In this document: in pieces, positions 17,840-28,488 of the stretch | Position numbering within the stretch: the stretch's first letter is position 1 | Layout: each line of letters opens with the position of its first letter | Source: Firmicutes bacterium UBA6113 | GTDB lineage: Bacteria > Bacillota > Clostridia > Tissierellales > Sedimentibacteraceae | Reading direction: 5' to 3' | Assembly (NCBI GenBank): GCA_002422545.1 | Contig: DIWF01000024.1 | Coordinates: forward strand, 36,072 to 100,071 | Length of the DNA stretch: 64,000 nt | The notes under the pieces: generated by a model | The model's database searches: none | What the model was told of the DNA's origin: nothing | Seen by the model: the letters and a program-made list of their open reading frames with translations, nothing else | Made by a program: the position numbers and the translations under genes

Positions 17840-18036
17840 ATTATTCCCTCCAAGATTTTTTATATAATAATATATCTTTTTGTTTATAAATTCAACTATA
17901 AACGTAAATTGTTATAAAGTTATACTTCAGCACATGCATGCTATGGAATGAATTTGTTTCTATATGAATATAATATAGGAGGTATGTCCTGAATCATTAA
18001 ATAATTAACGCAATATCAAAAACATGGAGGGATTTT

Positions 18037-18987
18037 ATGAAAAAAAGAATTTCTACTTTATTAGTACTTGTTTTATTGGTGAGTACAGTATTTACTGCAT
18101 GCGCTGCACAAAAAACAAACCTGATTCTTGCCACAGGCGGAACTTCAGGCACCTACTATCCTTTCGGCGGAGCTATGGCGCAAATTTTTAACACTAAAGT
18201 TGAAAATATGAATGTCACAGCACAGGCCACCGGCGCTTCTGTTGAAAATTGCAAGCTTCTTGGTAAAAATGAAGCTGAGCTGGCAATTCTTCAAAATGAT
18301 ATGTTGGATTATGCTTACAATGGAACCGAAGCATTCAGTGAAGGAAAAATTGAAAATTTAAGAGGAATTGCCATATTGTATCCTGAAATAGTTCAGATTG
18401 TTGCTTCCGAAGGTATAACAACTGTTGAAGACTTAAACGGAAAGAAAGTATCAGTTGGAGCACCTGGCAGCGGAGTTGAAGCAAATGCCAGACAAATTCT
18501 CGAAGCAGCTGATCTAACATATGATGATATGTCAGTAAGCTATTTGTCTTTCTCCGAATCAGCAGACGCATACAAGGACAAACACATTGATAGTTTCTTT
18601 GTTACTTCAGGCATTCCTAATGCTTCTATTCAGGATATTTCTACCCAAAACCCGGTTTCTCTTGTTTCATTGTCAGATGAAGCAATTAAAGGACTGATAG
18701 AAAAATATCCGTTCTTTGTTGAGTACACAATTCCTGCAAATACATACAACGGACAGACTAATGACGTAAAGACTGTTGCTGTAATGGCTACACTTGCTAC
18801 TAACGCCGAAGCTTCCGAAGATGTTATTTACAACATCACAAAATCATTGTTCGACAATCAGGCCGAACTTGCATCAGCTCATGCCAAAGGAGCCGAACTG
18901 TCTCTTGAAGGAGCAATAAACGGTATTTCCATACCTCTTCATCCTGGAGCAGAAAAATATTTCAAAGAAGCAGGTTTGATTAAATAG
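18037..18987 (+). CDS. TAXI family TRAP solute-binding lipoprotein
   Basis: Lipobox-like FTAC, ATGGTSGTYYPFGG, TGASVEN, VGAPGSG and PLHPGAEKYF. Confidence 0.92.
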   Translation: MKKRISTLLVLVLLVSTVFTACAAQKTNLILATGGTSGTYYPFGGAMAQIFNTKVENMNVTAQATGASVENCKLLGKNEAELAILQNDMLDYAYNGTEAFSEGKIENLRGIAILYPEIVQIVASEGITTVEDLNGKKVSVGAPGSGVEANARQILEAADLTYDDMSVSYLSFSESADAYKDKHIDSFFVTSGIPNASIQDISTQNPVSLVSLSDEAIKGLIEKYPFFVEYTIPANTYNGQTNDVKTVAVMATLATNAEASEDVIYNITKSLFDNQAELASAHAKGAELSLEGAINGISIPLHPGAEKYFKEAGLIK

Positions 18988-19028
18988 TAAATTTAATTAT
19001 TGATACAAGTTGACATATATGTCAACTT

Positions 19029-19098
19029 GTAGGGGAGGGTCTCGTGCCCTCCCGTGTATGCGTCTACCTGTGCGGGCGGGCACAAGACCCGCCCCTAC
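19029..19098. repeat. Inverted A/B REP doublet inside the TRAP operon
   Basis: GTAGGGGAGGGTCTCGTGCCCTCCCG (19029-19054) and CGGGCGGGCACAAGACCCGCCCCTAC (19073-19098). Confidence 0.9.
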
Positions 19099-19171
19099 AA
19101 ACTGAAATTTCATATACATTTATTCAATTATTAAAGCTATTCCCTTTGCTACATCATCCAAAGGAGCTTTT

Positions 19172-19675
19172 ATGAAAAAGTCAATAATTAGTGCGACAAT
19201 AATAATTTTTTTGGCAATAATTATTTTTTTTATCCCAATGTTTAGCAGGTTCACAATTTCTGACGGGAAAACAGGAAAGTTAGTGTACTGCGGCAAAATT
19301 GAAGACTTTGAAGAATTTTACATTAGCTTCATTCATTCTGTCAACAGAACTCCCGTAAATGAATATTACAGGATTGAAAACTGCAGATTTCTTGTTTACA
19401 AAACAACATTTTATTCATATGGTGCCGGTATGCCTGACGGCAGCGACAATCCTGACGCCCATATAAAATTTGTTGATGGAAAAGTTGAAATTGACAATAT
19501 TAACAGAATTTTAAGCGAATTTACCGTCTTAGTCGGAACATTGGCTGACCACACCCTTCATGGGTCTAATACGAACTTTGAGCTGGATAAGTATGTTGAG
19601 CCCCAAAATCAAGCTCTTTTTAAAATAAAGAGGGTATCAATTTATGATATATTAAGGAGGCAGATTTATGAATGA
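19172..19675 (+). CDS. DUF1850 family protein (TAXI-TRAP associated)
   Basis: FIHSVNRTPVNEYY and YSYGAGMP motifs; lies between the TAXI and fused-permease genes. Confidence 0.8.
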   Translation: MKKSIISATIIIFLAIIIFFIPMFSRFTISDGKTGKLVYCGKIEDFEEFYISFIHSVNRTPVNEYYRIENCRFLVYKTTFYSYGAGMPDGSDNPDAHIKFVDGKVEIDNINRILSEFTVLVGTLADHTLHGSNTNFELDKYVEPQNQALFKIKRVSIYDILRRQIYE

Positions 19676-21617
19676 TGACAATTTAAATAAGAATCAAGTT
19701 CCGGAAGAAATAAACATTGATGATATAATGGCCAAGTACGACAAGGAATCCGCCTACCGAAGGCTAAGCGGAACACAGCTTAAAATTGTGTCCGTTGTTG
19801 CAATTTTATTTTCCTGTTTCCAATTATATACTTCAATTGCAGGAATATTGCCTGCACAGCTTCAGCGTTCCATACATCTTGCATTTGTCTTTGCACTTGT
19901 ATACTTGATGTATCCTGCCAGCAAAAAAATGAGCAAGGATAAATTCAAATGGTACGATATGTGTTTGGCTGTTCTCGGAGCAGGTGTTGCATTGTACTTA
20001 ACATTCAATTTCCAATCACTGCTGCTAAGAGCCGGTGATCAGACAACTTTGGATATTGTTATAGGCGGCATTGCAATTTTGCTTGTTCTTGAAGGAGCAA
20101 GGCGAGTTGTGGGACTTCCCATTGCTGTAATTGCAACAGTGTTTTTAGCATATGGAGTGCTTGGGCCATATCTTCCTGGATTTTTGAATCACAGAGGATA
20201 TTCAATTGCACGTATTGTAAGTCACATGTATTATACTACCGAAGGAATTTTGGGTATTCCTCTTGGTGTTGCTGCTACATTTATATTTTTGTTCATACTT
20301 CTTGGTTCATTTTTGGAAAAGACGGGCATTGGGCAGTTCTTCATTGACCTGGCAAACTCCGTTGCAGGCTTTGCTGCAGGTGGTCCTGCCAAGGTCGCCG
20401 TATTAACAAGCGCCCTTGAAGGAACTGTTTCAGGAAGTTCTGTTGCCAACACCGTAGGCTCCGGAAGTTTCACAATTCCATTGATGAAAAGCCTTGGTTA
20501 CAAACCTGAATTTGCTGCTGCAGTTGAAGCAGCTGCATCCACAGGTGGTCAGATAATGCCTCCTATTATGGGAGCCGCAGCATTCCTGATGGCGGAATTC
20601 ATTGGTATACCATATGCTCAAATTGCAAAGGCAGCTGTAATACCTGCTCTTTTGTATTTCATGGGAATATGGATAAGTGTTCACCTTGAAGCAAAAAAGC
20701 TTGGGATGAGAGGAATGAGCAAAGAAGAACTTCCGAGATTTTCAAAGGTAATGCTGGACAGAGGATATCTTTTCCTGCCCTTGGTTGGAATAGTTTATTT
20801 TCTTGTTGAAGGAGCGACTCCCGTGAAGGCTGCTCTTTACGGATTAGGTCTTGCTGTTGCAACAAGTTTTATAAGAAAAATCACAAGGCTCAGCTTAAAA
20901 AATATACTTGAAGCTCTGGAACAAGGAGCTAAAAATGCACTTGGAGTTTCAGTTGCATGTGCATGCGCAGGAATTATAGTAGGAACAATTACGCTGACAG
21001 GACTTGGCCTCAAGCTTGGAAACGGATTGGTTTCACTTTCCGGAGGAAACCTCATAATAACTTTGATATTCACAATGATTACATCACTTATTCTGGGAAT
21101 GGGAGCTCCTACAACAGCCAACTATGTAATAACCTCAACAATTGCTGCTCCGGCTCTTGTAAAACTTGGTGTTCCGGTATTGGCCGCCCACATGTTCACA
21201 TTTTACTTTGGAATAATTGCTGACATAACTCCTCCTGTTGCATTAGCTGCATTTGCAGGAAGCGCTATTGCAAAAAGCAATCCTCTGAAGACAGGCATAA
21301 CAGCCAGCAAGCTTGCCATAGCTGCATTCATAATTCCATATATATTTGTCTTGAATCCTGCAATACTTTTGATAGACACCACGGCACTTAAGGTTGTTCA
21401 GATAATTGTAACATCAGTAATTGGAATGGTAGGAATAAGCGCAGCAATGGAAGGTTATCTTTACACTACAGCCAACAAAATTGAAAGAGCTGCATTTTTA
21501 ATAGGAGGACTTTGTCTTGTGGACCCAGATGCCGTCACGGACATAGCCGGATTGGTAATACTGGGAGCCGCTTTCTTGTACCAAAAGAAAAAATCATCCA
21601 GAAAAATTACAATGTAA
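19668..21617 (+). CDS. TRAP transporter fused 4TM/12TM permease
   Basis: EGILGIPLGV, GGPAKVAV, SGSSVAN, ASTGGQIMPPIMGAAAF, LGMGAPTTANY and ITPPVALAAFA. Confidence 0.93.
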   Translation: MNDDNLNKNQVPEEINIDDIMAKYDKESAYRRLSGTQLKIVSVVAILFSCFQLYTSIAGILPAQLQRSIHLAFVFALVYLMYPASKKMSKDKFKWYDMCLAVLGAGVALYLTFNFQSLLLRAGDQTTLDIVIGGIAILLVLEGARRVVGLPIAVIATVFLAYGVLGPYLPGFLNHRGYSIARIVSHMYYTTEGILGIPLGVAATFIFLFILLGSFLEKTGIGQFFIDLANSVAGFAAGGPAKVAVLTSALEGTVSGSSVANTVGSGSFTIPLMKSLGYKPEFAAAVEAAASTGGQIMPPIMGAAAFLMAEFIGIPYAQIAKAAVIPALLYFMGIWISVHLEAKKLGMRGMSKEELPRFSKVMLDRGYLFLPLVGIVYFLVEGATPVKAALYGLGLAVATSFIRKITRLSLKNILEALEQGAKNALGVSVACACAGIIVGTITLTGLGLKLGNGLVSLSGGNLIITLIFTMITSLILGMGAPTTANYVITSTIAAPALVKLGVPVLAAHMFTFYFGIIADITPPVALAAFAGSAIAKSNPLKTGITASKLAIAAFIIPYIFVLNPAILLIDTTALKVVQIIVTSVIGMVGISAAMEGYLYTTANKIERAAFLIGGLCLVDPDAVTDIAGLVILGAAFLYQKKKSSRKITM

Positions 21618-21651
21618 AATGCAATATATGTAAATATATTACTAACGATTC

Positions 21652-21703
21652 GTAGGGGCGGGTCTTGTGGAGGCCCGCGGGAGGACACGAGGTCCTCCCC
21701 TAC
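21652..21703. repeat. Back-to-back B/A REP doublet
   Basis: GTAGGGGCGGGTCTTGTGGAGGCCCG directly followed by CGGGAGGACACGAGGTCCTCCCCTAC, between convergent genes. Confidence 0.85.
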
Positions 21704-21722
21704 ATTATTGAAACAAAAATAT

Positions 21723-22517
21723 TTAATTACCCTGTTCCATTTTTTCTCTTAATGCACAAATTGATTTTTCAAGTGCTTCTGCAGTCTTCACTTCTACAAG
21801 AGCCCTTATGTCTTTATGTCCTGCAAAATTCATGAGTTCCATGATGTCAAGTTCACCTTCAAAGAGAACCTGGTGGTCCTTTTTATCTAAACAATCGTGT
21901 ATGTGCATGTGAACAATGCTTTTTTCGTTCTCCATCAAATACTTCCTGTCTGTAAATAAGCTTACAGCATCGTGCCCTGTGTCCCAGGTGAGTTTTATAT
22001 TAGGATAAGTGATTGATTGATCCAAAGTTTTTTGTATGAAAGCCTTGCCGAAATTGCTGCTGTTTTCTATGGCAAGAATCACATTTTTTTCTTCAGCTTT
22101 TTGGGAAAGAATCTTGATGGATTTAATGAAGTTGTTTGTATACTCTTCCGAGTATTGGTCATATATATATACCTTCCTGTCAGGGAGAGTCATTTTTGCT
22201 CCTTCAATTATATGCATATTCAAAAGCTTGATTCCTGCTCGTTCAGCCCAGTCAATAGTGTCTGAAAAAAGCTTGACATACCCTTCTCTAACGCTTTCGT
22301 AAAATGTTCCTATGTCAGCATCATCAGGCATGTGCATAGTAAATTCAATGCCTTTGTCCTGAGTAATTTTTTTTAATTTTGAAGGATTAATATTTTCTAT
22401 AAAATTGTACGGAAGATTCATGTTGAGCTCAATAAAGTCAAGCTTAAGCTTTAGACACAATTCTACCAGTTCATTTATGGATGTGTATTCAACCAATGCA
22501 GGCATTCCCAGTTTCAT
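21723..22517 (-). CDS. Sugar phosphate isomerase/epimerase (xylose-isomerase-like TIM barrel)
   Basis: Metal ligands in LAIEN, WDTGH, HMHIHD and LVEVK; DHQVLFEG motif. Confidence 0.8.
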   Translation of the reverse strand: MKLGMPALVEYTSINELVELCLKLKLDFIELNMNLPYNFIENINPSKLKKITQDKGIEFTMHMPDDADIGTFYESVREGYVKLFSDTIDWAERAGIKLLNMHIIEGAKMTLPDRKVYIYDQYSEEYTNNFIKSIKILSQKAEEKNVILAIENSSNFGKAFIQKTLDQSITYPNIKLTWDTGHDAVSLFTDRKYLMENEKSIVHMHIHDCLDKKDHQVLFEGELDIMELMNFAGHKDIRALVEVKTAEALEKSICALREKMEQGN

Positions 22518-22572
22518 GTTATGCTCCTAGATTAATATAGTCTTGTAATTAATATATAATGCTTCCAACAAG

Positions 22573-23298
22573 CTACTTGGTATGCTTCTTAAGAATTTCC
22601 ACTTCTTCTTCTGTAAGATGGCGGTATTCACCAAGCTTTAATTTTTCATCAAGTTTTATTGGTCCCATGGATATTCTTTTCAAGTAAGTTACTTCATTGT
22701 TTATGGCAATGAACATTCTCTTGACCTGGTGGAACTTGCCTTCCCTTATTGTAACGTAGCATTTAGAAGGGTAGCCAGATTCAACTATTTCAAGTTTTGC
22801 AGGAAGCGTAGTGTAATTTTCTTCAGTTAGAAGAATCCCTTTTTCAAATGTTTTAACATCTTCTTCTGTCACTTCTTCAGCTGCTTCCACGTAATATGTT
22901 TTGTCTACGTGCTTTTTTGGCGACAATAGATCATGAGCAAGCTGTCCGTCGTTAGTTATCAGAAGAAGACCTTCTGTGTCTTTGTCAAGCCTGCCCACGG
23001 GGAAAGGCTCGTAAAAACTGTCCTCATCATAGAGCAAATCTATTACAGTCTTGTCGTAATTGTCTTCCGTGGCTGAAACAACTCCCTGTGGCTTGTTCAT
23101 CATAAGATATATGTTCTGGACATATTTCATCGTTTCACCATTGTATTTCACTGTGTCTTTGTCTGTATCTATTATTTTGGAACTGTCTTTGACAACCACA
23201 TCATTTATTTTTATGAGGCCATTCTTGGCAAATTGTTTTATTTCCTTTCTTGATCCAACTCCTATGTTGGAAAGCATCTTGTCTATTCGAAGTTTCAT
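22573..23298 (-). CDS. RsuA/RluB-family rRNA pseudouridine synthase with S4 domain
   Basis: N-terminal RIDKML S4 domain, MNKPQG, catalytic GRLDKDTEG, and EGKFHQVKRM. Confidence 0.93.
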   Translation of the reverse strand: MKLRIDKMLSNIGVGSRKEIKQFAKNGLIKINDVVVKDSSKIIDTDKDTVKYNGETMKYVQNIYLMMNKPQGVVSATEDNYDKTVIDLLYDEDSFYEPFPVGRLDKDTEGLLLITNDGQLAHDLLSPKKHVDKTYYVEAAEEVTEEDVKTFEKGILLTEENYTTLPAKLEIVESGYPSKCYVTIREGKFHQVKRMFIAINNEVTYLKRISMGPIKLDEKLKLGEYRHLTEEEVEILKKHTK

Positions 23299-23326
23299 AA
23301 ATACCTCTTCTTATTTTCTTTGATTA

Positions 23327-23354
23327 ATTATAACATGTGAAGAATATGTGTCAA
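23327..23354 (-). promoter_or_regulatory. sigmaA promoter (pseudouridine synthase)
   Basis: TTGACA-16 nt-TATAAT with a TG extension on the minus strand. Confidence 0.7.
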
Positions 23355-23380
23355 TGCAAAATCAACAAATTCGGGATGGA

Positions 23381-23409
23381 TTGACAAAGGCTTGTTTACT
23401 TGCTATGAT
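23381..23409 (+). promoter_or_regulatory. sigmaA promoter (LysE/ArgO gene)
   Basis: TTGACA-17 nt-TATGAT with a TG extension. Confidence 0.75.
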
Positions 23410-23444
23410 TCAATCAGGCAAAATAATTTAAGAGAGGTTAATTT

Positions 23445-24056
23445 ATGATTGAAACAATTTTGAAAGGGTTTACGGTTGGATTTGCATATGTCGCTCCTAT
23501 CGGAATGCAAAACATGTATGTTATCAACACAGCCATGACTCAGACAAAGACACGGCTTTACATGGTTGCACTGATAACGATTTTCTTTGATATTTCACTG
23601 GCACTGGCTTGTTTTTTCGGAATGGGTGCTCTTATAGAGTCAGCACCTGTTGTGAAGCTGATTTTCCTCGGGGTTGGTTCCCTTGCTGTCATATGGATTG
23701 GAATCGGGCTCTTACGCTCAACGCCGAAGCTCAGTAATTCAATTGATACCAAGAAGACTATGCTTCAGGTTGCTCTTTCATGTTTTCTCGTTACATGGGC
23801 AAATCCTCAGGCTATAATTGACGGAACTTTGTTGTTCGGTGGATTCAGGGCTTCACTTTCTGCTGAAATGTCCAAGTTTTTCATAATTGGCTCTTCCCTG
23901 GCATCATTTGTATGGTTTATGTCTCTTGGCACAATTGTAAGCGTGTTCAAGAAAGCCTTCAATGAAAAGGCGCTTAAGATAATAAACATTGCTTGCGGAA
24001 TAGTCATCATTTATTACGGCATAAAGCTTGGAATTAAGTTTTTCGAAATCATATAG
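23445..24056 (+). CDS. LysE/ArgO family amino-acid exporter
   Basis: APIGMQN and TWANPQAIIDG motifs; six TM segments. Confidence 0.9.
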   Translation: MIETILKGFTVGFAYVAPIGMQNMYVINTAMTQTKTRLYMVALITIFFDISLALACFFGMGALIESAPVVKLIFLGVGSLAVIWIGIGLLRSTPKLSNSIDTKKTMLQVALSCFLVTWANPQAIIDGTLLFGGFRASLSAEMSKFFIIGSSLASFVWFMSLGTIVSVFKKAFNEKALKIINIACGIVIIYYGIKLGIKFFEII

Positions 24057-24073
24057 TATTTTTTTGCAAAATT

Positions 24074-24112
24074 AAAGTGGCAGGTACATGATATGATTAC
24101 CCGCCACTATTT
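24074..24112. terminator. Probable bidirectional terminator
   Basis: GTGGCAGGTA / TACCCGCCAC imperfect stem between convergent genes. Confidence 0.5.
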
Positions 24113-24114
24113 TA

Positions 24115-25368
24115 TTATTTTTCGTAAGCTATATTTGCTCCAATTTCCTGAAGCTTTTCAATTATGTTTGCATATCCTCTTTTAATGTGGTAAACCTCTG
24201 TTATTTCAGTTTCTCCATCTGCTATTAGTCCTGCTATTATAAGTGCTGCACCTGCTCTTAAATCAGTTGCCTTTACTTTGGCACCGCTTAATTTGCTGTT
24301 TCCTTTCAGTACTGCACTGCTTCCTTCTACTTTAACATTCACTCCCATGCGAGCCAGTTCATTGGCGTGCATGAATCTGTTCTCAAATATGGTTTCATGA
24401 ATTATGCTTGTTCCTTCGGCTATGGACAATAGCGACATGAATTGAGCCTGCATATCTGTTGGAAAACCTGGATATGGAAGAGTCTTTATATCCACGGGTT
24501 TTATTATTCCATCAGAAGTTACTCTTATTTTATCGTCAATTTCCTCAACTTTTGCTCCAGCTTCCCTGAGCTTTGCTATGACAGGCTGCAGGTGGCTTGA
24601 AACAACATTTTCTATTGTAACATCTCCTCCTGTAGCTGCTGCAGCAACCATGTATGTTCCCGCCTCTATTCTGTCAGGTATTACTGTATGTTCTGTTTTA
24701 TGGAGTTTTTTCACTCCCTTGATTCTTATTGTCTTTGTTCCTGCTCCGATAATATTTCCGCCCATGCTGTTTATGAAATTTGCAAGATCTACAATTTCAG
24801 GTTCTTCTGCTGCATTTTCAAGAACAGTCTCCCCTTCTGCAAGAGCTGCGGCCATTATTATGTTTTCAGTTGCTCCTACGCTTGGAAAATCAAGATATAT
24901 ATCAGTTCCAACCAGTTTTTCAGAAACAGCGTTCACATATCCGTTTTCTGATTTTATGTCTGCTCCGAGAAATTTAAACCCCTTTAAGTGCAAATCTATT
25001 GGTCTTGAACCGATTGCGCAGCCTCCCGGCATATAAACCTTTGCGCTTTTACATCTTGTGAGAAGCGGTCCCATTACCAGAAACGATGCTCTCATTTTGC
25101 TTATGAGTTCATAAGGCGCTTCACATGTTACTATTGTTTCGGCCTTTATTTTCAATGATCCTTTTCCAATTTTTTCAATTTTTGCTCCCAAAGCTTCAAG
25201 CAGCTTGCACATTACGCGCACATCCTGAAGACTTGGTATATCATGTATAATGCATTCTTCATCTGACAAAAGTGTTGCTGCCAGTATGGGAAGGATAGAA
25301 TTCTTCGATCCGTCGACTCTGATGTTACCTTTAAGTCCGAGGCTTTTCTTTACTGTGATTTTTTCCAT
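24115..25368 (-). CDS. murA: UDP-N-acetylglucosamine 1-carboxyvinyltransferase
   Basis: GSKNSILP, MRAS, PGGCAIGSRPIDLH (catalytic Cys), PGFPTDMQ and DLRAGAAL. A GAGGAG RBS favours the ATG at 25368. Confidence 0.96.
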   Translation of the reverse strand: MEKITVKKSLGLKGNIRVDGSKNSILPILAATLLSDEECIIHDIPSLQDVRVMCKLLEALGAKIEKIGKGSLKIKAETIVTCEAPYELISKMRASFLVMGPLLTRCKSAKVYMPGGCAIGSRPIDLHLKGFKFLGADIKSENGYVNAVSEKLVGTDIYLDFPSVGATENIIMAAALAEGETVLENAAEEPEIVDLANFINSMGGNIIGAGTKTIRIKGVKKLHKTEHTVIPDRIEAGTYMVAAAATGGDVTIENVVSSHLQPVIAKLREAGAKVEEIDDKIRVTSDGIIKPVDIKTLPYPGFPTDMQAQFMSLLSIAEGTSIIHETIFENRFMHANELARMGVNVKVEGSSAVLKGNSKLSGAKVKATDLRAGAALIIAGLIADGETEITEVYHIKRGYANIIEKLQEIGANIAYEK

Positions 25369-25651
25369 GTTTCTCCTCAATAACAAATATATGTAATGTA
25401 AAACATTATTTTCGATTATTTTTTTAAGCTTTAATAAAGACTCGAATATAATAACACTTTTTATATAACATTTCAATTATAAATTTGACTTAAAGTAAAT
25501 TTATTTCTGAAAAATTTCCAAAAAAACAAAAAAGAAAAAGCGTATGATTAAAATAAAGGGGGACGTTATATTTAAAATTAAGACGCTTCTTCTTTTTTAT
25601 AATTGTATTATTATCTCAATTAATTTTTTTATTCATGAAATATAAAATATT

Positions 25652-27751
25652 TTAATAAAATTTTTCAAGTCTTATTTCGGCCTTGAACAAATCTCCGTCA
25701 ATGCTTATGTCAAGAATTCCATTTTGTATTTCCATGAGGCTCTTTGCAATTGCAAGGCCAAGTCCGCTTCCTTCAGAGCTTCTTGACTCATCGCCTCTCT
25801 TAAACCTGAGCATCAGCTCATCTGCGGGAATATTGAGCTCAAATGCTGAAACATTCTTAAAGCATATGAACACTTCTTTTTCTGTCTGGCTTAAATCAAT
25901 ATATACCCTTGATTCCTTCAGTGCATATTTGAAAATATTTGAAAGCAGGTTTTCCATTACTCTGCTGAGCAATCTGCCGTCAGCCTTTGCAAACAGTCTT
26001 TCATCAGTAGATGTAACTTTGAATGTCAATTTTGAATCGATTATTTTTTCATCAAGCTCACCTAATATCTGAGAAACTAGAGCATTCACGTTGACTCTTT
26101 CAAAATGAGCTTCAATGCTTCCGCTTGTAGCCTTGGCAGCTTCAAACAAGTCTTCTGTCAGTGTTTTAAGCCTGCTTGACTTTCTGTCGAGAACATCCAG
26201 GTACTTAGGAGCATTAGGAGACTGTAGCCCTTCTCTTTTCAACAAATCAACATATGAAATTATTGAAGTTAGAGGTGTTTTTATGTCATGAGACACATTT
26301 GTAATGAGCTCGCTCTTCAGCCTTTCACTTTTAACTTCATTTTGAACTGCTATGTTAAATCCGCTTGTTATTGTGTTTATGTCCTCTGAAAGCTGTTTAA
26401 ACTCTCCGCTGCCGTCAACCTGAATTTTAAATCCATAATCACCTTGTTTTGCTGACCTCAATCCTTTGAGTATTGCCTCAAATGTCCTGACTTTTCTGTA
26501 TACATAATAAACAGCTGCAAAACCGATAATAATCAACAATACCGGTTTGTCTGCAAAGTATACTGAAACAGACATGAACATAATGAGTGCTGCAATGGAC
26601 TTGAACATCAGCGGTCCGCCTGCCGCAATTTTTACTGCCGCCACTGATGACCTGGATATAATCATATAAACAAGGGATTTTTTTACTAATGTTCTGTTTT
26701 TATAATGTCTTGCAACTGACAAAAATAAAATCAAAAATAATGAGAACAGTGCTGCTGCTGAAGATAACATGGCGAGTTTCATTAATTTTTCACTTGTGTA
26801 CCTAATGTTAAAAACATTATAAAATTCCATATTTATAAGTGCTATAATTCCTGCTATTACCAGCAGGCTCAAATCCGGAAAGAACCTATCAAATTTCGTC
26901 ATGTGGATTTCTTCATCCTCAGTGACTTTTCCTGTTTCAGCCACCAGGTATGTCAAGCATGAAATGAGTACAATAAGGCACATTGAAATTATTACACTGT
27001 TCACAATCAATGTGTGCCTGTCTTCAAGCCATTTATTCACCCTGAGACTAAGACCTTCATCTGTAATTGCTGCATATATTACGGTACTGTTTGTGCCGTC
27101 CTCAATTGATTCATATGTGTCAACAAGTGAAGATGAATAGCTGCTGTAACCGTTGTCAGGTTCAACCTTCATTCCTTTACCATCTATGAGAACATATGCA
27201 TTTTGAAGTGAGTAATGGTTTCTGCTGTCATTTCCCGTATTTGTGCACTCATAATATCCATCTGTGGCATAATAAATCAGCCCTTCAGGATTGTTGAGGT
27301 CTTCGATTATGTTCTGGTAGTTGGCAAGGTCTGATTTTTTTATTGACTCTTTTATTTCTTGTATTTCCTTATCTTTTTCACTCCAGAAAAGTGCCTCAGA
27401 GTCAGCATTGTCTTCGTATCCATTTTCTGCAAGATAGTTGTTGTATAAATTTGTCAGCTGCCAGCTGTCTTCTATGTCAATATATTTTACAGTCTTTCCG
27501 TCACGGATGTACCTTTCGCTTTTGTAAACCCTTATGAGGTGCTCAAGGCGGTTTGCCGCATAACGAAGCTCGTTGCTCAGCGTGTTGCTTTTCATGTAGC
27601 TTTTTACCGTAATGCTTTCATAATCCTGCACGTGGAGGACTATGTCAAGTGATGAAGAAACCCCTATTAAAAGACATATAATCAATAATATAAAGGCTGC
27701 AATTTTTGTAATTTTTTTTCTTTTATATGTCTTCCACTTTGTAACCAACAC
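25652..27751 (-). CDS. Membrane sensor histidine kinase
   Basis: Multiple TM segments, HAMP-like region, H-box NVSHDIKTPLT, N-box ENLLSNIFKY and G-box GSGLGLAI. Confidence 0.93.
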   Translation of the reverse strand: MLVTKWKTYKRKKITKIAAFILLIICLLIGVSSSLDIVLHVQDYESITVKSYMKSNTLSNELRYAANRLEHLIRVYKSERYIRDGKTVKYIDIEDSWQLTNLYNNYLAENGYEDNADSEALFWSEKDKEIQEIKESIKKSDLANYQNIIEDLNNPEGLIYYATDGYYECTNTGNDSRNHYSLQNAYVLIDGKGMKVEPDNGYSSYSSSLVDTYESIEDGTNSTVIYAAITDEGLSLRVNKWLEDRHTLIVNSVIISMCLIVLISCLTYLVAETGKVTEDEEIHMTKFDRFFPDLSLLVIAGIIALINMEFYNVFNIRYTSEKLMKLAMLSSAAALFSLFLILFLSVARHYKNRTLVKKSLVYMIISRSSVAAVKIAAGGPLMFKSIAALIMFMSVSVYFADKPVLLIIIGFAAVYYVYRKVRTFEAILKGLRSAKQGDYGFKIQVDGSGEFKQLSEDINTITSGFNIAVQNEVKSERLKSELITNVSHDIKTPLTSIISYVDLLKREGLQSPNAPKYLDVLDRKSSRLKTLTEDLFEAAKATSGSIEAHFERVNVNALVSQILGELDEKIIDSKLTFKVTSTDERLFAKADGRLLSRVMENLLSNIFKYALKESRVYIDLSQTEKEVFICFKNVSAFELNIPADELMLRFKRGDESRSSEGSGLGLAIAKSLMEIQNGILDISIDGDLFKAEIRLEKFY

Positions 27752-28415
27752 CCCACACCACCTTCAGGTATCTTGGATTTTTAGGATCTATCTCCACTTT
27801 TTCTCTTATTCTTCTGATATGTACTGCCACTGTATTTTCTGGATTAAACGAAGGCTCATTCCATACACTTTCATAAATATCATCAATTGAAAACACTCGT
27901 CCCTTATTTTTTGTCAGAAACAAAAGTATTTTATATTCAACGGGAGTGAGCTTAACCTGCTCTCCATCAACAGTTACTTCTTTTCTTTCATCATCTATCA
28001 ACAAATTTCCTGTCTTGTAATAATCCTTTTTATCTTTTTCGGTTGCTCCCCCAAGAGTCGTGTAACGTCTTAGCTGAGACTTAACCCTTGCTGTAAGTTC
28101 CAGCGGATTAAAAGGCTTTGTTATGTAGTCGTCAGCTCCCATGTTGAGCCCAAGCACAATGTCGCTTTCTTCTGATTTTGCAGTAACCATTATGACAGGA
28201 ATATTTTTTATTTCCCTAATTTTTGTTGTAGCCTTGATTCCGTCCATTCCGGGCATCATTATGTCCATTATAACAAGGTGCACATCATTTTTTTCAACAA
28301 TATCAATTGCTTCCAGTCCCGAGTAGCATTTTAAAATGTTGTATCCCTCATTTTTTAAATATACTTCAATTGCTTCTACTATTTCTATATCATCATCGCA
28401 AACCAAAATGTTCAT
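27723..28415 (-). CDS. OmpR-family response regulator
   Basis: ILVCDDD, DIMMP, TAK, GADDYITKPF, and winged helix VHIRRIREK...VWGVGY. Confidence 0.95.
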   Translation of the reverse strand: MNILVCDDDIEIVEAIEVYLKNEGYNILKCYSGLEAIDIVEKNDVHLVIMDIMMPGMDGIKATTKIREIKNIPVIMVTAKSEESDIVLGLNMGADDYITKPFNPLELTARVKSQLRRYTTLGGATEKDKKDYYKTGNLLIDDERKEVTVDGEQVKLTPVEYKILLFLTKNKGRVFSIDDIYESVWNEPSFNPENTVAVHIRRIREKVEIDPKNPRYLKVVWGVGYKVEDI

Positions 28416-28488
28416 TTCAAAGTCCTCCTATGATAATTACCACTATTATAGCATGTTATTTAAAAAAACTACAACAATAAAATAAATG

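Noticed and set aside
17925..17945. Possible sigma54 promoter CAGCAC-N5-ATGC upstream of the TAXI gene
   Set aside because: It lacks the invariant GG at -24.
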